A DNA stretch of 64,000 nucleotides, taken from Mobula hypostoma (lineage: Eukaryota). Shown piece by piece: positions 23,080 to 36,399 of this stretch (positions are counted from its first letter, which is position 1; the number at the start of each line of letters is the position of its first letter). The stretch is from NCBI RefSeq assembly GCF_963921235.1, contig NC_086126.1, positions 12,400,001-12,464,000 of the forward strand, given 5' to 3'. A program made the position numbers and the translations under genes. The notes beneath the pieces were generated by a model. That model worked only from the letters and a program-made list of their open reading frames with translations, did no database searches and had not been told where the DNA came from.

Positions 23080-24799
23080 GCGCACTGGCTCCTACGCCTC
23101 TCTCCTGGCGGATGTAACCAGGAGACAGGCAACAACATAGACGCCACAGAAATCTGCAGACGTCCACAATACGACCACTCTTTACAACTCTTTTACTCAG
23201 TAGAAATTTTTTTTGTCTTTTTTCGTGCACATTGGTTATTTGTCAATTCCTGTCTGTTCAGTGCATTTATTTGCAAATACCTGCAAGTCAATGAATGTCA
23301 GGATAGTATATGGTAAAGTATACAGTAGGTACCTTTGGTAATAAATTTACTTTGAAATTTGATCCACTCCTCTCTGTTCGGGTTTTTGATATTCCAGCTG
23401 CCCTTTTCCATGGGGAGGGCGCAGAATCTGTTAGGTTTTTGTGCAGGGGAGGAGTGAGGTGGTTTTGGGGTTTGAGAGTTTTTTTTTTCTGTGCCATGGG
23501 GCAGTGGGGGAGGGGGAAAGAATTGATGTATTTTCTTTCATCAACTCCCATGGTCTTTCTGTATTCCATGGCCATCTGGAGAAGATGAATATCAGAGTTG
23601 TACTGTACATGGATATTTTGACAACAAAACGGATTTGGGGGGGCCGGGGGTGACCGAGAACTCCAGGTGAGAGTTAATTTAAATTACAGCATGCCATCCC
23701 ATCTATGGGACTGAATTGGGTTTAGTATTACTGACACATGCTGTGAAATTTGTTGATACGCAAAAGCAGCACGGGGCAATACATAAAAAAACACTATTAA
23801 TTACAAGAAGAAACGCAGCGGATTCCAGTTGATTAGGACACGTCAGGACCGGGATACTTTGGCCCAGTTAGCCGACGTTTCGTGGAAGTAGTAAAAAGGT
23901 ATAAAGAAGACAAACTACCATTAAACTGAGTAACAAATTATGTATTTAAATAAAATTCAGAACACTACCAATACTACTACAGTACTATAAAACTGTTCCT
24001 AATAGTTATCGACAGAGGAATCTATCTGGTGTACGCTAAATGTTACTGAACAAAATCCGCAGACTCCAAGTGGAGTCTCCTCAGCAGGCCAGGCAGCGAC
24101 TATGGAAAAATCAAACAGGCGAAGTTTCGGGCTGAGACCCTTCAATGAGACTCTTTTGATCACTCTTCTCCATAGATGCTGCCTGACCTGCTGAGCTCCT
24201 CGAACATCCTGTGTGCGCGCGAGGCCTTGGGTTTCCAGCATCCGCAGAGTTTCTCCTATTGGCAGCAGTCTCCTGTCCCGAGTAAGCAAAAGGTGTCCTA
24301 TCTAGTATGTACTCTTTAAGAGTTATTCCAAATAAAGACTGTCACCATAAACCACAATGTTTTATATATGTGTGTAGAAAAAACAGACCAAAAATATTGT
24401 GGTAGTATTCAGATTGTCAGTTCAGAAATCTGATGACAGAAGTGTTTTGGGGCAAATTTGATTGATGCGGTTTGTGGATTTATAGTTCATGTTATGACCT
24501 GTTCCTGGTTTCAGGTCACACTTTTTTTTTGTCGTTGCTGTCTTGGGCGACTGTGAATCGGGGCGGCCTGCAGATAACGGACACTGAGCTGAACTGAATT
24601 GTTCGATTTTGCGTTTTATACCCTGTATCGTTTTTCGCTCGTTGTTAATGCTGTTTTCATATTTGGGGTGGGGGGGGGGCCACGGAAGAAGAGGATTTTT
24701 CCATGGCGTTTCGTTGTTTGGTGGCTGTCTGTGGACTGTATAATAAATGTACTTTCATAAACGTGCCTGCACTTTGACTCTTTGAAGCTGCTCCTGAAA

Positions 24800-24972
24800 C
24801 ATTGCCCCAGATAGGTTTGTTGTCCCTTTCCACGCATCAGGCGGCATTTTACGAGGCCAAGCTGCTAGCTCGACACTCACGAATGAGAAAGCATGCAAGG
24901 AGCCGGCCGGATTCGAACCCGGGCCGACTCGCCTCGAAGTCCGGTGCTGATGCCCCTACACCACCGGCTGGC
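24800..24972 (-). mobile_element. tRNA-derived SINE head just downstream of the BANF1 polyA signal
   Basis: A-box-like TGGTGTAGGGG and B-box GGTTCGAATCC on the - strand; imperfect cloverleaf. Confidence 0.55.
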
Positions 24973-25553
24973 TGATAGGAGTAATGAGAAAATTCCAGAG
25001 GAAATACTCGGCAACCGAACACAGAATTATTTATTCATATAAAATTTAGTAACAATTTCTACAGTGAAGTCGAGTCTCAACACTCAGCACAAAGTTATGG
25101 GAACGGGAAGGAGGATAGTGGGCAGGAAATAGTGAGTCCCAGCTCAGAACTGTGGCCTCTGGCATGGATCCAGAGAGAGAGAGAGAGAGAGAACGAACTG
25201 GTTTGTGGCACGATTGAACCCGTCACAGGACAGATTAGTCATTTTCAGGAGTACAGGGGTGTACAGTGGAGGGAAGGGAAGGGGAAGGTTTTCAAAAAAA
25301 CCTCACGCTAAGAATATCCAACGTCTTGGCTCAGGAGAGTGTGATGAGTTAGCGGCGCAGAAAGAGGGCAACCCTTCCAATGCTCTCCGGTTCCCAGCCC
25401 GGCCCTCTTAGTGGTTTCAGTAGTTAAGGGAGCACAAAGATGGAACCAAAGGAGCTCCAGAGAAAGCTGGGTGGGCCGATTTCACTCTGAAAGGGAGGGG
25501 GTTTTGCGGGGAGGGAACGCTGCTGCTGCGGGGGGGGGGGTCAGGGGGAAAGA

Positions 25554-28500
25554 TTACAGGAAGGCGTCGCACCACTCCCGCAGACAGGTGTGGCAGTCGT
25601 TGCTTTGCTTGGAGTTGGCCTGGCAGGTGTCCTTCAGCCACTCCTTGAACAGTTCCTCGTCCTTCTTCAGGACCAGGAATTGGCCCAGCACCACGTACGC
25701 CTGGGGGTGAGGGAGGGAGGGAGAGAGAGAGAGGTCAGCACACAGCTCCCGCAAACAAGCCGGCGTACAAAGCAGAGATCTCAACTATACCGAGCCCTTC
25801 AGCCAGTTTGGAACAGCGCAATTCAGCTGGCTTAGGCTTGTTGGCAAAGCAAACCGTAAAAGAGACAATAATCCTACAAACCCCACATGCCTTCTCCCCC
25901 AACCCCCATAACATTAGTGCAAGATTTCTAATCAGCCAATCAGGTGACAGCATTTCATAGCAACATAGAAAATAGGTGCAGGAGTAGGCCATTCAGCCCT
26001 TCAAGCCTGCACCGCCATTCAGTATGATCATGGCTGATCATCCAACTCAGAACCCTGTACCTGCCTTCCCTCCATACCCCCTGATCCCTTTAGCCACAAG
26101 GGCCACATCTAACTCCCTCTTAAATATAGCCAATGAACCGGCCTCAACAGTTTCCTGTGGCAGAGAATTCCACAGATTCACCACTCTCTGTGTGAAGAAG
26201 TTTTTCCTAATCTCAGTCCTAAAAGGCTTCCCCTTTATCCTCAAACTGTGGCCCCTCGTTCTGGACTTCCCCAACATCGGGAACAATCTTCCTGCATCTA
26301 GCCTGTCCAATCCCTTTAGGATTTTATACGTTTCAATCCGATGCCCCCTCAATCTTCTAAATTCCAACAAGTACAAGCCCAGTTCATCCAGTCTTTCTTC
26401 ATATGAAAGTCCTGCCATCCCAGGAATCAATCTGGTGAACCTTCTTTGTACTCCCTCTATGGCAAGGATGTCTTTCCTCAGATTAGGGGACCAAAACTGC
26501 ACACAATACTCCAGGTGTGGTCTCACCAAGGCCTTGTACAACTGCAGTAGTACGTCCCTGCTCCTGTACTCGAATCCTCTCGCTACAAATACCAGCATAC
26601 CATTCGCCTTTTTCACCGCCTGCTGTACCTGCATGCCCACTTTCAATGACTGGTGTATAATGACACCCAGGTCTCATTGCACCTCCCCTTTTCCTAATCG
26701 GCCACCATTCAGATAATAATCTATTTTCCTATTTTTGCCACCAAAGTGGATAACTTCACATTTATCCACATTAAATTGCATCTGCCATGAATTTGCCCAC
26801 TCACCCAACCTATCCAAGTCACCCTGCATCCTCTTAGCATCCTCCTCACAGCTAACACTGCCACCCAGCTTCGTGTCATCCGCAAACTTGGAGATGCTGC
26901 ATTTAATTCCCTCATCCAAGTCATTAATATATATTGTAAACAACTGGGGTCCCAGCACTGAGCCTTGTGGTACCCCACTAGTCACCACCTGCCATTCTGA
27001 AAAGGTCCCGTTTATTCCCACTCTTTGCTTCCTGTCTGCTAACCAATTCTCCACCCACACCAATACCTTACCCCCAATACCGTGTGCTTTAAGTTTGCAC
27101 ACTAATCTCCTGTGTGGGACCTTGTCAAAAGCCTTTGAAAATCCAAATATACCACATCCACTGGTTCTCCCCTATCCACTCTACTAGTTACATCCTCAAA
27201 AAATTCTATGAGATTCATCAGACATGATTTTCCTTTCACAAATCCATGCTGACTTTGTCCTATGATTTCACCACTTTCCAAATGTGCTGTTATCACATCC
27301 TTGATAACTGAGTCCAGCAGTTTCCCCACCACTGACGTTAGGCTAACTGGTCTATAATTCCCCGGTTTCTCTCTCCCTCCTTTTTTAAAAAGTGGGGTTA
27401 CATTAGCCACCCTCCAATCCTCAGGAACTAGTCCAGAATCTAACGAGTTTTGAAAAATTATCACTAATGCATCCACTATTTCTTGGGCTACTTCCTTAAG
27501 CACTCTAGGATGCAGACCATCTGGCCCTGGGGATTTATCTGCCTTCAATCCCTTCAATTTACCCAACACCACTTCCCTACTAACATGTATTTCGCTCAGT
27601 TCCTCCATCTCACTGGACCCTCTGTCCCCTACTATTTCTGGAAGATTATTTATGTCCTCCTTAGTAAAGACAGAACCAAAGTAATTATTCAATTGGTCTG
27701 CCATGTCCTTGCTCCCCATAATCAATTCACCTGTTTCTGTCTGCAGGGGACCTACATTTGTCTTTACCAGTCTTTTCCTTTATACATATCTATAAAAGCT
27801 TTTACAGTCCGTTTTTATGTTCCCTGCCAGTTTTCTCTCATAATCTTTTTTCCCCTTCCTAATTAAGCCCTTTGTCCTCCTCTGCTGAACTCTGAATTTC
27901 TCCCAGTCCTCAGGTGAGCCACTTTCTCTGGCTAATTTGTATGCTTCTTCTTTGGAATTGATCCTATCCCTAATTTCTCTTGTCAGCCACGGGTGCACTA
28001 CCTTCCTTGATTTATTCTTTTGCCAAACTGGGATGAACAATTGTTGTAGTTCATCCATGCGATCTTTAAATGCTTGCCATTGCATATCCACCGTCAATCC
28101 TTTAAGTGTCATTTGCCAGTCTATCTTAGCTAATTCATGTCTCATACCTTCAAAGTTACACCTCTTTAAGTTCAGAACCTTCGTTTCTGAATTAACTATG
28201 TCACTCTCCATCTTAATGAAGAATTCCACCATATTATGGTCACTCTTACCCAAGGGGCCTCTCACAACAAGATCGCTAATTAACCCTTCCTCATTGCTCA
28301 AAACCCAGTCCAGAATAGCCTGCTCTCCAGTTGGTTCCTCGACATGTTGGTTCAAAAAACCATCCCGCATACATTCCAAGAAATCCTCTTCCTCAGCACC
28401 TTTACCAATTTGGTTCACCCAATCTACATGTAGATTGAAGTCACCCATTATAACTGCTGTTCCTTTATTGCACACATTTCTAATTTCCTGTTTAATACCA

Positions 28501-31500
28501 TCTCCGACCTCACTACTACTGTTAGGTGGCCTGTACACAACTCCCACCAGCGTCTTCTGCCCCTTAGTGTTACGCAGCTCTACCCATATCGATTCCACAT
28601 CTTCCCGGCTTATGTCCTTCCTTTCTATTGCGTTAATCTCTTCTTTAACCAGCAACGCCACCCCACCTCCCCTTCCTTCATGTCTATCCCTCCTGAATAT
28701 TGAATATCCCTGAACGTTGAGCTCCTATCCCTGGTCACCCTGGAGCTATGTCTCTGTGATCCCAACTATATCATAATCATTAATAACAATCTGCACTTTC
28801 AATTCATCCACCTTATTACGAATGCTCCTTGCATTGACACACAAAGCCTTCAGGCGCTCTTTTACAACTCTCTTAGCCCTTATACAATTATGTTGAAAAG
28901 TGGCCCTTTTTAATGCTTGCCCTGGATTTGTCGGCCTGCCACTTTCACTTTTCTCCTTAGTACTTTTTGCTTCTACCCTCACTTTACACCCCTCTGTCTC
29001 TCTGCACTGGTTCCCATCCCTCTGTTGTGAACTAACCTCCTCACGCCTAGCCTCTTTAATTTGATTCCCACCCCCCAACCATTCTAGTTTCCAAAAACTT
29101 GAATCCCTGCCCCCTGCTCCAATCCCTCAGCCACGCATTTATCCTCCACCTCATCGCATTCCTACTCTCACTGTCGCGTGGCACAGGCAGTAATCCCGAG
29201 ATTACTACCTTTGCGGTCCTTTTTCTCAACTCCCTTCCTAGCTCCCTATATTCTCCTTTCAGGACCTCATCCCTTTTCCGACCTATGTCATTGGTACCTA
29301 TATGTACCACGACCTCTGGCTCCTCACCCTCCCACTTCAGGATATCTTGGACAAGATCAGAAATATCCCGGACCCTGGCACCAGGGAGGCAAACTATCAT
29401 CCGGGTCTCTGGACTGCGTCCACAGAATCGCCTATCTGACCCCCTTATTATCGAGTCCCCTATCACAACTGACCTCCTCTTCCTTGCCCTACCCTTCTGA
29501 GCTACAGGGCCAGACTCTGTGCCGGAGGCACGGCCACTGTCGCTTCCCCCGGGTAAGCTGTCCCCCCCCAACAGTACTCAAACAGGAGTACCTGTTGTTA
29601 AGGGGCACAGCCACCGGGGTACTCCCCATCACCTGACTTTTCCCCTTCCCCCTCCTAACCGTGACCCACTTGTCTGCCTCCCGTGGCCCCGGCGTGACCA
29701 CCTGCCTGCAACTCCTCTCCATCAACTCCTCACTCTCCCTGACCAGAGGAAGGTCATCGAACTGCAGCTCCAGTTCTGTAACGCGGACCCTTAGGAGCTG
29801 CATCTTGATGCACTTGGCGCAGATGTAGACGTCCGGGAGGCTTGGAGACTCCAGGGCCTCCCACATCCGACACCGAGAACAGCAAACTGCCCTCACACTC
29901 ATACTGCCCCTCTCCTCAAATAACAACAGAAAATGAATGCCAAACCTTCCTCGCCTCGCCCGTTTCCGCCTAAGCCCGTTGAGCCGAAGCCCTTAAGTCT
30001 TCACTCTGCTCCCGGCTCACTCCGCCGCCCGCAAACTATGCTGCCCACTCTATGAGGCTCTGTTCCTTTTAAATCTGCCGCGCTGCACAGCCCGACGTCA
30101 CACGCCTGCGCAGTCCCGCCTCTCAGAACGCCGTTGGAGAAAAAAAAAATGAAAATTTCAAAAATGTCTTTCTCGGCACTCCCGCTCAGACTCTCAGACT
30201 CCTCCTTCGAATTTCAAGGCATAAAAGCATGCAGACATGGTCAAGAGGTTCGGTTGTGGTTCAGAATGGGGAAGAAATATGATCTAAGTGACTCTGGCCG
30301 TGGAATGATTGTTGGTGCAGGATGGGGTGGTTTGAGTATCTGAGAAATAGCTGATTCCTTGCGACTTTCATGCAAAAGGGGCAGGAGTTGGCCACCTGAT
30401 CAGTCAAACCTGCTCCATGACTCAGTAAGATCATGTTGATGGGTCATCTACTGTACACGGTTGGCCTCTGGTATATCGGCAAGACCCGACATCAATCGGG
30501 AACTGCTTTGTCGAGCACTTACGCTCCGCCCGCCGGAAAAAGTGGGCCACCTATTTCAATTCTACTTCCCATCCCGTCACGCCAGTCCGTGGCCTCCACT
30601 ACTGCCCCGATGTGGCCACACTCAGTTTGCAGGAGCAACACCTCATATTCCGACTGGGTAGCCTCCAACCTGATGGCATGAACATCGATTTCTTGAACTT
30701 CCAGTAATGCCCCCCCATTTCTCTGTGACCTCATCTTCTTACCTGCCCATCACCTCCTTCTGGTGCCCCCCCCCCCCATTTCCACAGTCTTCCACCCTCT
30801 ATCAGATTCCCTCTTCAGCCTTTCATCTCTTTCAACTTCCCATCTTTACTTCACCCCCCCCAGTTTCACCTTTCACCCACCACCTCGTACTTCTTCCACC
30901 CCTACCCCCAACTTCTTATCCTGACCTCTCATCTTTCTTCTCCCCCCAGTCCTGAGGAAGGGTCTTAGCCCGAAACATCGGCCGCTTCCCCCTTTACTGC
31001 CCGGCCCGCTGAGACACACACCAGGCGGACAGGATGTCAGCATTGTGTGCGTGCTGCTAAGATCATGGCTGACCTGGGCACGCCTTTTCCCCATAACCCT
31101 CAATTCCCTTGCTGTACAAAGCAATCTTACTCTGTCGTAAATATATTTGATGGGGGTACCTCTACTGGGCAGAGAATTCCAGATTCACTTCTCCAAGAAA
31201 AGCTGATTCTCCTCACCTCCGTCCTAAATCTACTCCCCTGGAATTTGAAGTTTGATTAGCCGGGGCATCAAAGGTTACGGGGAGAAGGCAGAGGAGTGGG
31301 GACGACTGGAAGAATTGGATCAGCCCATGATTGAATGGCGCAGACTCGATGGGCTGAATGGCCTGCTTCTGCGCCTTTATCTTATGGTCTAAGCTATGGT
31401 GGCACCACAGCACAGACACAAAACGTGTGCCCAACCATTACCCAGTCCAGCCCCGTCGAACGGCAGCTGGACCCCCCACCCTCCCCATCCACGCACTGAC

Positions 31501-32936
31501 CCCGAACGCCTCTAAAATGGTGAAATCGAACCCGTCTCCACCACTTCCACTAGCGGCTCGCTCCACAGACTCACCACCCTCTTAAATATTTCACCTTCCA
31601 CCCCTAACCCTTGACCTCTAGCTCCAGCCTCACCCGACCCAATTTGAGAATTCCACAGATTCAACTCCTCTCGGGGGCAGGTGGGGTGAGGGGGAGTCTT
31701 TCCTCCTCATCTCCAATCTTATTGTCGAACAGGAGGGATCTTCCTAATCCCTGACGTATGGCGTGAAGTTTGTTGTTTTGTGGCAGCAGTATATCTCGCC
31801 AAAGTTCTGCACCCCCAGGCTCAATAGAACATGTCCAATTCGTTCTGCTGTCACTTACCAGCGAAAACAACTTTCCTGACCAGCTTGCCCGACAAGTTAT
31901 AACTTTGCACGGTCCCTTCTCATTCTTCTGAATACCACACTCGCCAGCAGTTCGTCCCACAACCTCACCACTCTCCGAACGAAGCTCCCCCTCGGGTTCC
32001 CCTCAAACATTTCACCTTTCACCCTTAACCCACGACCTCTGGTTGCAGTCCCAACTTCAAAGGCAAAAGCCCGCTGGCATTTACCCAGGTTGGCTGTCTT
32101 GTTGCCGATTGGCGGGTTGGGGGGTTTGGAAGAGTGTGGAGATTTGGGGCTTGTTGTTGAACTTTCTCCACACGGGCGATGTTAGGTTTTTTTGTGTGCA
32201 GTGGAGGGGGGTTTGGGGTTTGACGTTATCGCCCCTGTTTTTTTCTCCCCCTTGCGGCCGATATGTTAAGATTTTTTTGCGAGGGAGGAGTTTAGGGATT
32301 GACGTTCAAGCTGCTGTTTTCAGGGTGGGCGATCTGTTAGTTCTTGTGTGAGTGGGGGGGTGCAGTTTGCGAGGTTTCTTTCTCGTGATGCCTTCTCTTT
32401 CAACGATTTCCACGGTCTTTCTCTATTTCGTGGCTATCTGGAGAAGTTGAATCTCAGAGTTGTATCGTACGTGCTTACTTTGAAAATGAAATGAACCTTC
32501 TGAACCATCAAAGATTCGTACACCTCTGTCCATATCATTCGGTACTGGTGACAATAGACAATAGGTGCAGGAGCAGGCCATTTGACCCTTTGAGCCAGCA
32601 CCAGATCCAACAAGCTACCGATCGCTAATGTCCTGCTGTTAGTCTCGGTGTACTTTAGAGTTTAGGGAGATTTGACCGAGGACAAGACAGGCAACGGCTC
32701 TCCCACTTCCACCGAGTGAACACTCAGAGTACCCTCAGTTCTGCAGGAGGATCCGGTGGGTAACGAGTGAGGGAGGTAGGGGATTGGGGGGTGGGGGAGG
32801 TTTGACTGCTCACCTTGTCAAATCCTTGATCTTCCAACCTCTGGCCGAGGGTCTCGCCAATCCCCGCCAGGCACTTCACGGACTTCTCGCCCATGGGCTC
32901 GGCCACGAAGTCGCGGTGCTTCTGTGACGTCGACAT
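25554..32936 (-). CDS. BANF1: Barrier-to-autointegration factor (89 aa)
   Basis: Exons 32936-32814 ([18 protein letters not shown]...GFDK|gtgag) and 25700-25554 (cag|[14 protein letters not shown]...EWCDAFL*). Acceptor 1 nt upstream of the ATG. AATAAA on the - strand at 25035-25030. Confidence 0.97.
25956..30170 (-). mobile_element. Near full-length CR1 LINE in the BANF1 intron: CpG-rich 5' UTR, ORF1 (zinc finger plus SGNH esterase), ORF2 (APE endonuclease plus RT), disrupted
   Basis: [14 protein letters not shown]; IGDS and HIGTND esterase blocks; NARS, ITET, GDFN and SDH endonuclease motifs; [10 protein letters not shown] and FADDT; frameshifts near 29530, 27125 and 27780; 3' microsatellite tail. 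Confidence 0.95.
30440..30985 (+). mobile_element. Penelope-like fragment (GIY-YIG remnant and pLTR)
   Basis: GLWYIGKT motif, [17 protein letters not shown]-coding region, and a hammerhead-like core at 30947-30980. Confidence 0.75.
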
Positions 32937-33809
32937 CCTGTCCGCAGGTGTGTGTCTGCGCCGTAACGAAAGCGATCATCGCCAGACAGCACCGAGACAG
33001 GCCCGCGGTGCCCACTCCAAGCCAGGTATAGTAATCTCCCCACCCCGAATCCCTCCAAACCACTACCCACTGGCCTCCAACTCCGCTGCAGGGAAAAGTT
33101 CCTCCCTCTCTTCACCTCAAGTGATTTTGTACTCCATTCCGACTGATGGCACAGCCGTACCTTCACTAAGATGGATGTACGGGGGACCCAGGGAGGGGCT
33201 GCACTCTGGCATAGGGGCTCCTTGTGTCCGCTCTGGGGCAGCTCGCCCAACCTTGGGCCCCGCCAGACACTCGGCTCTCACCTGTGGAGCCACAGCGGCC
33301 GCTCCCCGGTACACCGCCCTAGCAGGCGATGGCCTCGTACCCCGGTGTGTTCGAGGCACGCCAGCCAGCTCCAGCGGACCCAGCAGATGAGACCTAATGC
33401 CTAGGAACACGGCTCTGCAGTGCTCCGTGGAGAGCGAGGGGTATGAGAGGAGATAGAGAGCCCTCCACAGCAAACGACGGAGACCCCAGTTTGCGACGAC
33501 CACTCCTCCCACCGGATCCGGACTTCCGAGATTGTCCCCAGTTCCAGTTTAAAAACTCTCCCACACGGGCCTGCTGTCATCCGACAACCAGAGGCAGAAC
33601 GGGTCTGCGGCTGTCCAAACCCCAGCTCGACCCAAGGCAGAAGGAACCAAACACCGTCCGAAAACTGCACGAAGGAAGAAAAGCCGTCCCACAGGGGGCT
33701 CAAGACGCTCGGGTAATTTGGCAAAGACAGACACTGAACCGAAATAAAAAGGCATTTTTTTTCCAGAAAGAGCATTGGAATTCCTTTAGAAACCGGCAAA
33801 AAGAGGGTG

Positions 33810-34045
33810 GGTGCTAACGACGGTTTACAAGGCCGGCGACCCGGGTTCAATTCCCGCCGCTGCCCGTAAGGGGCTTGTACGTTCTCCCCGTGACCGCGGG
33901 GGTTTCCTCCGGTTTCCTCCTGCAGACCAAAGACTGACCGATTAATGGGTCATTGTAAATTGCCCCGTGATTAGGCTCGGGTTAAATCCGGGGTTGCTGG
34001 GTGGTGAGGCTCGAAAGGCCCATTCTGCACCGTATCTCAATAAAA
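33810..34045 (+). mobile_element. V-SINE-like tRNA-derived SINE
   Basis: GGTTCAATTCC B-box, then gtacgttctccccgtgaccgcgggggtttcctccgg, ending ctcaataaa. Confidence 0.65.
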
Positions 34046-34569
34046 CAAAAGATATTTACAGGAAGGGAGATATGAAAATAAAACTAGCGTAATACAACAG
34101 CACACAGTAAAATGCCCCGTTAACACCACCAAAGTAAATGGTAGATGACAGGATTCGGGAGAAGGAGAAAGGATTTGTTGAAGATGCAGAAACCACGAGA
34201 TTATCAGCAAAGCAGTGGGGGCAAGGATAAGATCCCCGGACCCAGCAGCCTGCAGACCTAGGGGGTCAAAGGGAAGTGGGAACAGGTATTGGGGAAGCGG
34301 TGGCTGGAATCCACCTAAACTCTCTGCATTCCCGGGGTTGCGAGGCAAAAGCAGAAACGGGAGATGGAGGGTGGACAGAGCAGGAAACCAGTGGCTGAGA
34401 GTCTCAAGTCTGGGGGGGGGCACGAGGAAGGTAGGGGGAAAGAGGGAGGGATTGAGGGAAAGGCAGGTAGGGTGAGGGGGACAAGAGAATGGAAGGGGTG
34501 TGAGAAGGTGTTGTGTGGGGTGGGGGGAGGGAATGGTTTACGGTGGGGAAGGATGTGAGAAAGTGTCAT

Positions 34570-36340
34570 GTGGGGGAGGGGCAGGGAGAGGTGTACGGGG
34601 CGAGGAGGGGAAGGGGAAGGTGTATGAGGCAGCGAGGGGGAAGGTGCAGGGAGGGAGGAGGGGGAGGGGAAGGTGCAGGGAGCGAGGGGGAGGGGAAGGT
34701 GTGGGGAGGGAGGAGGGGGTGGGGAGGGAGGAGGGGGGTGGGGAAGGTGTAGGGAGGGAGAAGGGGGAAGGTGTAGGGATGGAGGAGGGGGGAAGGTGTA
34801 GGGATGGAGGAGGGGGGAAGGTGTAGGGTGCGAGGGGGAGGGGAAGGTGTGGGGAGGGAGGAGGGGTGGGGAAGGGGTAGGGAGGGAGGAGGAGGTGGGG
34901 AAGGGGTAGGGAGGGAGGAGGGGGGGAGGTGTAGGGAGGGAGGGGGAGGGGGAAGGTGTAGGGAGGGAGGGGGAGGGGGAAGGTGTAGGGAGGGAGGGGG
35001 AGGGGAAGGTGTAGGGAGGGAGGGAGGAGGGGGAAGGTGTAGGGAGGGAGGAGGGGGGTGGGGAAGGTGTAGGGAGGGAGGAGGGGGTGGGGAAGGTGTA
35101 GGGAGGGAGGAGGGGGTGGGGAAGGTGCAGGGAGCGAGGGGGAGGGGAAGGTGTGGGGAGGGGGGAGGGGAAGGTGTGGGGAGGGAGGAGGGGGTGGGGA
35201 GGGAGGAGGGGGGTGGGGAAGGTGTCGGGAGGGAGAAGGGGGAAGGTGTAGGGATGGAGGAGGGGGGAAGGTGTAGGGATGGAGGAGGGGGGAAGGTGTA
35301 GGGTGCGAGGGGGAGGGGAAGGTGTGGGGAGGGAGGAGGGGTGGGGAAGGGGTAGGGAGGGAGGAGGGGGTGGGGAAGGGGTAGGGAGGGAGGAGGGGGG
35401 GGAGGTGTAGGGAGGGAGGGGGAGGGGGAAGGTGTAGGGAGGGAGGGGGAGGGGAAGGTGTAGGGAGGGAGGGGGAGGGGAAGGTGTAGGGAGGGAGGGA
35501 GGAGGGGGAAGGTGTAGGGAGGGAGGAGGGGGGTGGGGAAGGTGTAGGGAGGGAGGAGGGGGTGGGGAAGGTGTAGGGAGGGAGGAGGGGGTGGGGAAGG
35601 TGTAGGGAGGGAGGAGGGGGGTGGGGAAGGTGTAGGGAGGGAGGAGGGGGGTGGGGAAGGTGTAGGGAGGGAGGAGGGGGGTGGGGAAGGTGTAGGGAGG
35701 GAGGAGGGGGGTGGGGAAGGTGTAGGGAGGGAGGAGGGGGGTGGTGTAGGGAGGGAGGAGGGGAAGGTGTAGGGAGGGAGGAGGGGGAAGGTGTAGGGAG
35801 GGAGGAGGGGGAAGGTGTAGGGAGGGAGGAGGGGGAAGGTGTAGGGAGGGAGGAGGGGGAAGGTGTAGGGAGGGAGGAGGGGGAAGGTGTAGGGAGGGAG
35901 GAGGGGGAAGGTGTAGGGAGGGAGGAGGGGGAAGGTGTAGGGAGGGAGGAGGGGGAAGGTGTAGGGAGGGAGGAGGGGGAAGGTGTAGGGAGGGAGGAGG
36001 GGGAAGGTGTAGGGAGGGAGGAGGGGGAAGGTGTAGGGAGGGAGGAGGGGGAAGGTGTAGGGAGGGAGGAGGGGGAAGGTGTAGGGAGGGAGGAGGGGTG
36101 GGGAAGGGGTAGGGAGGGAGGAGGGGGTGGGGAAGGGGTAGGGAGGGAGGAGGGGATGTGGAAGGGGTAGGGAGGGAGGAGGGGGTGGGGAAGGTGTAGG
36201 GAGGGAGGAGGGGGTGGGGAAGGTGTAGGGAGGGAGGAGGGGGGTGGGGAAGGTGTAGGGAGGGAGGAGGGGGAAGGTGTAGGGAGGGAGGGGGAGGGGA
36301 AGGTGTAGGGCGGGAGGAGAGCGAGGAGAAGATGTAGGGA
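34570..36340. repeat. G-rich tandem repeat (core 24-bp unit ggaaggtgtagggagggaggaggg)
   Basis: Homogeneous 24-bp period at about 35760-36090 (PPPPSLHL repeats in the reverse ORF), with degenerate flanks. Confidence 0.92.
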
Positions 36341-36399
36341 GGGAAGCCTCTCAGCCCAGGTCTACGAACACCCACCCGCAAGACCTACCCCTCCTAATC

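Noticed and set aside
24900-24972. tRNA gene
   Set aside because: A and B boxes are present but the T-stem and anticodon arm pair poorly, which fits a SINE head better.
34315-36381. 688-aa extensin-like ORF
   Set aside because: It is the translation of the 24-bp G-rich tandem repeat and has no gene structure.
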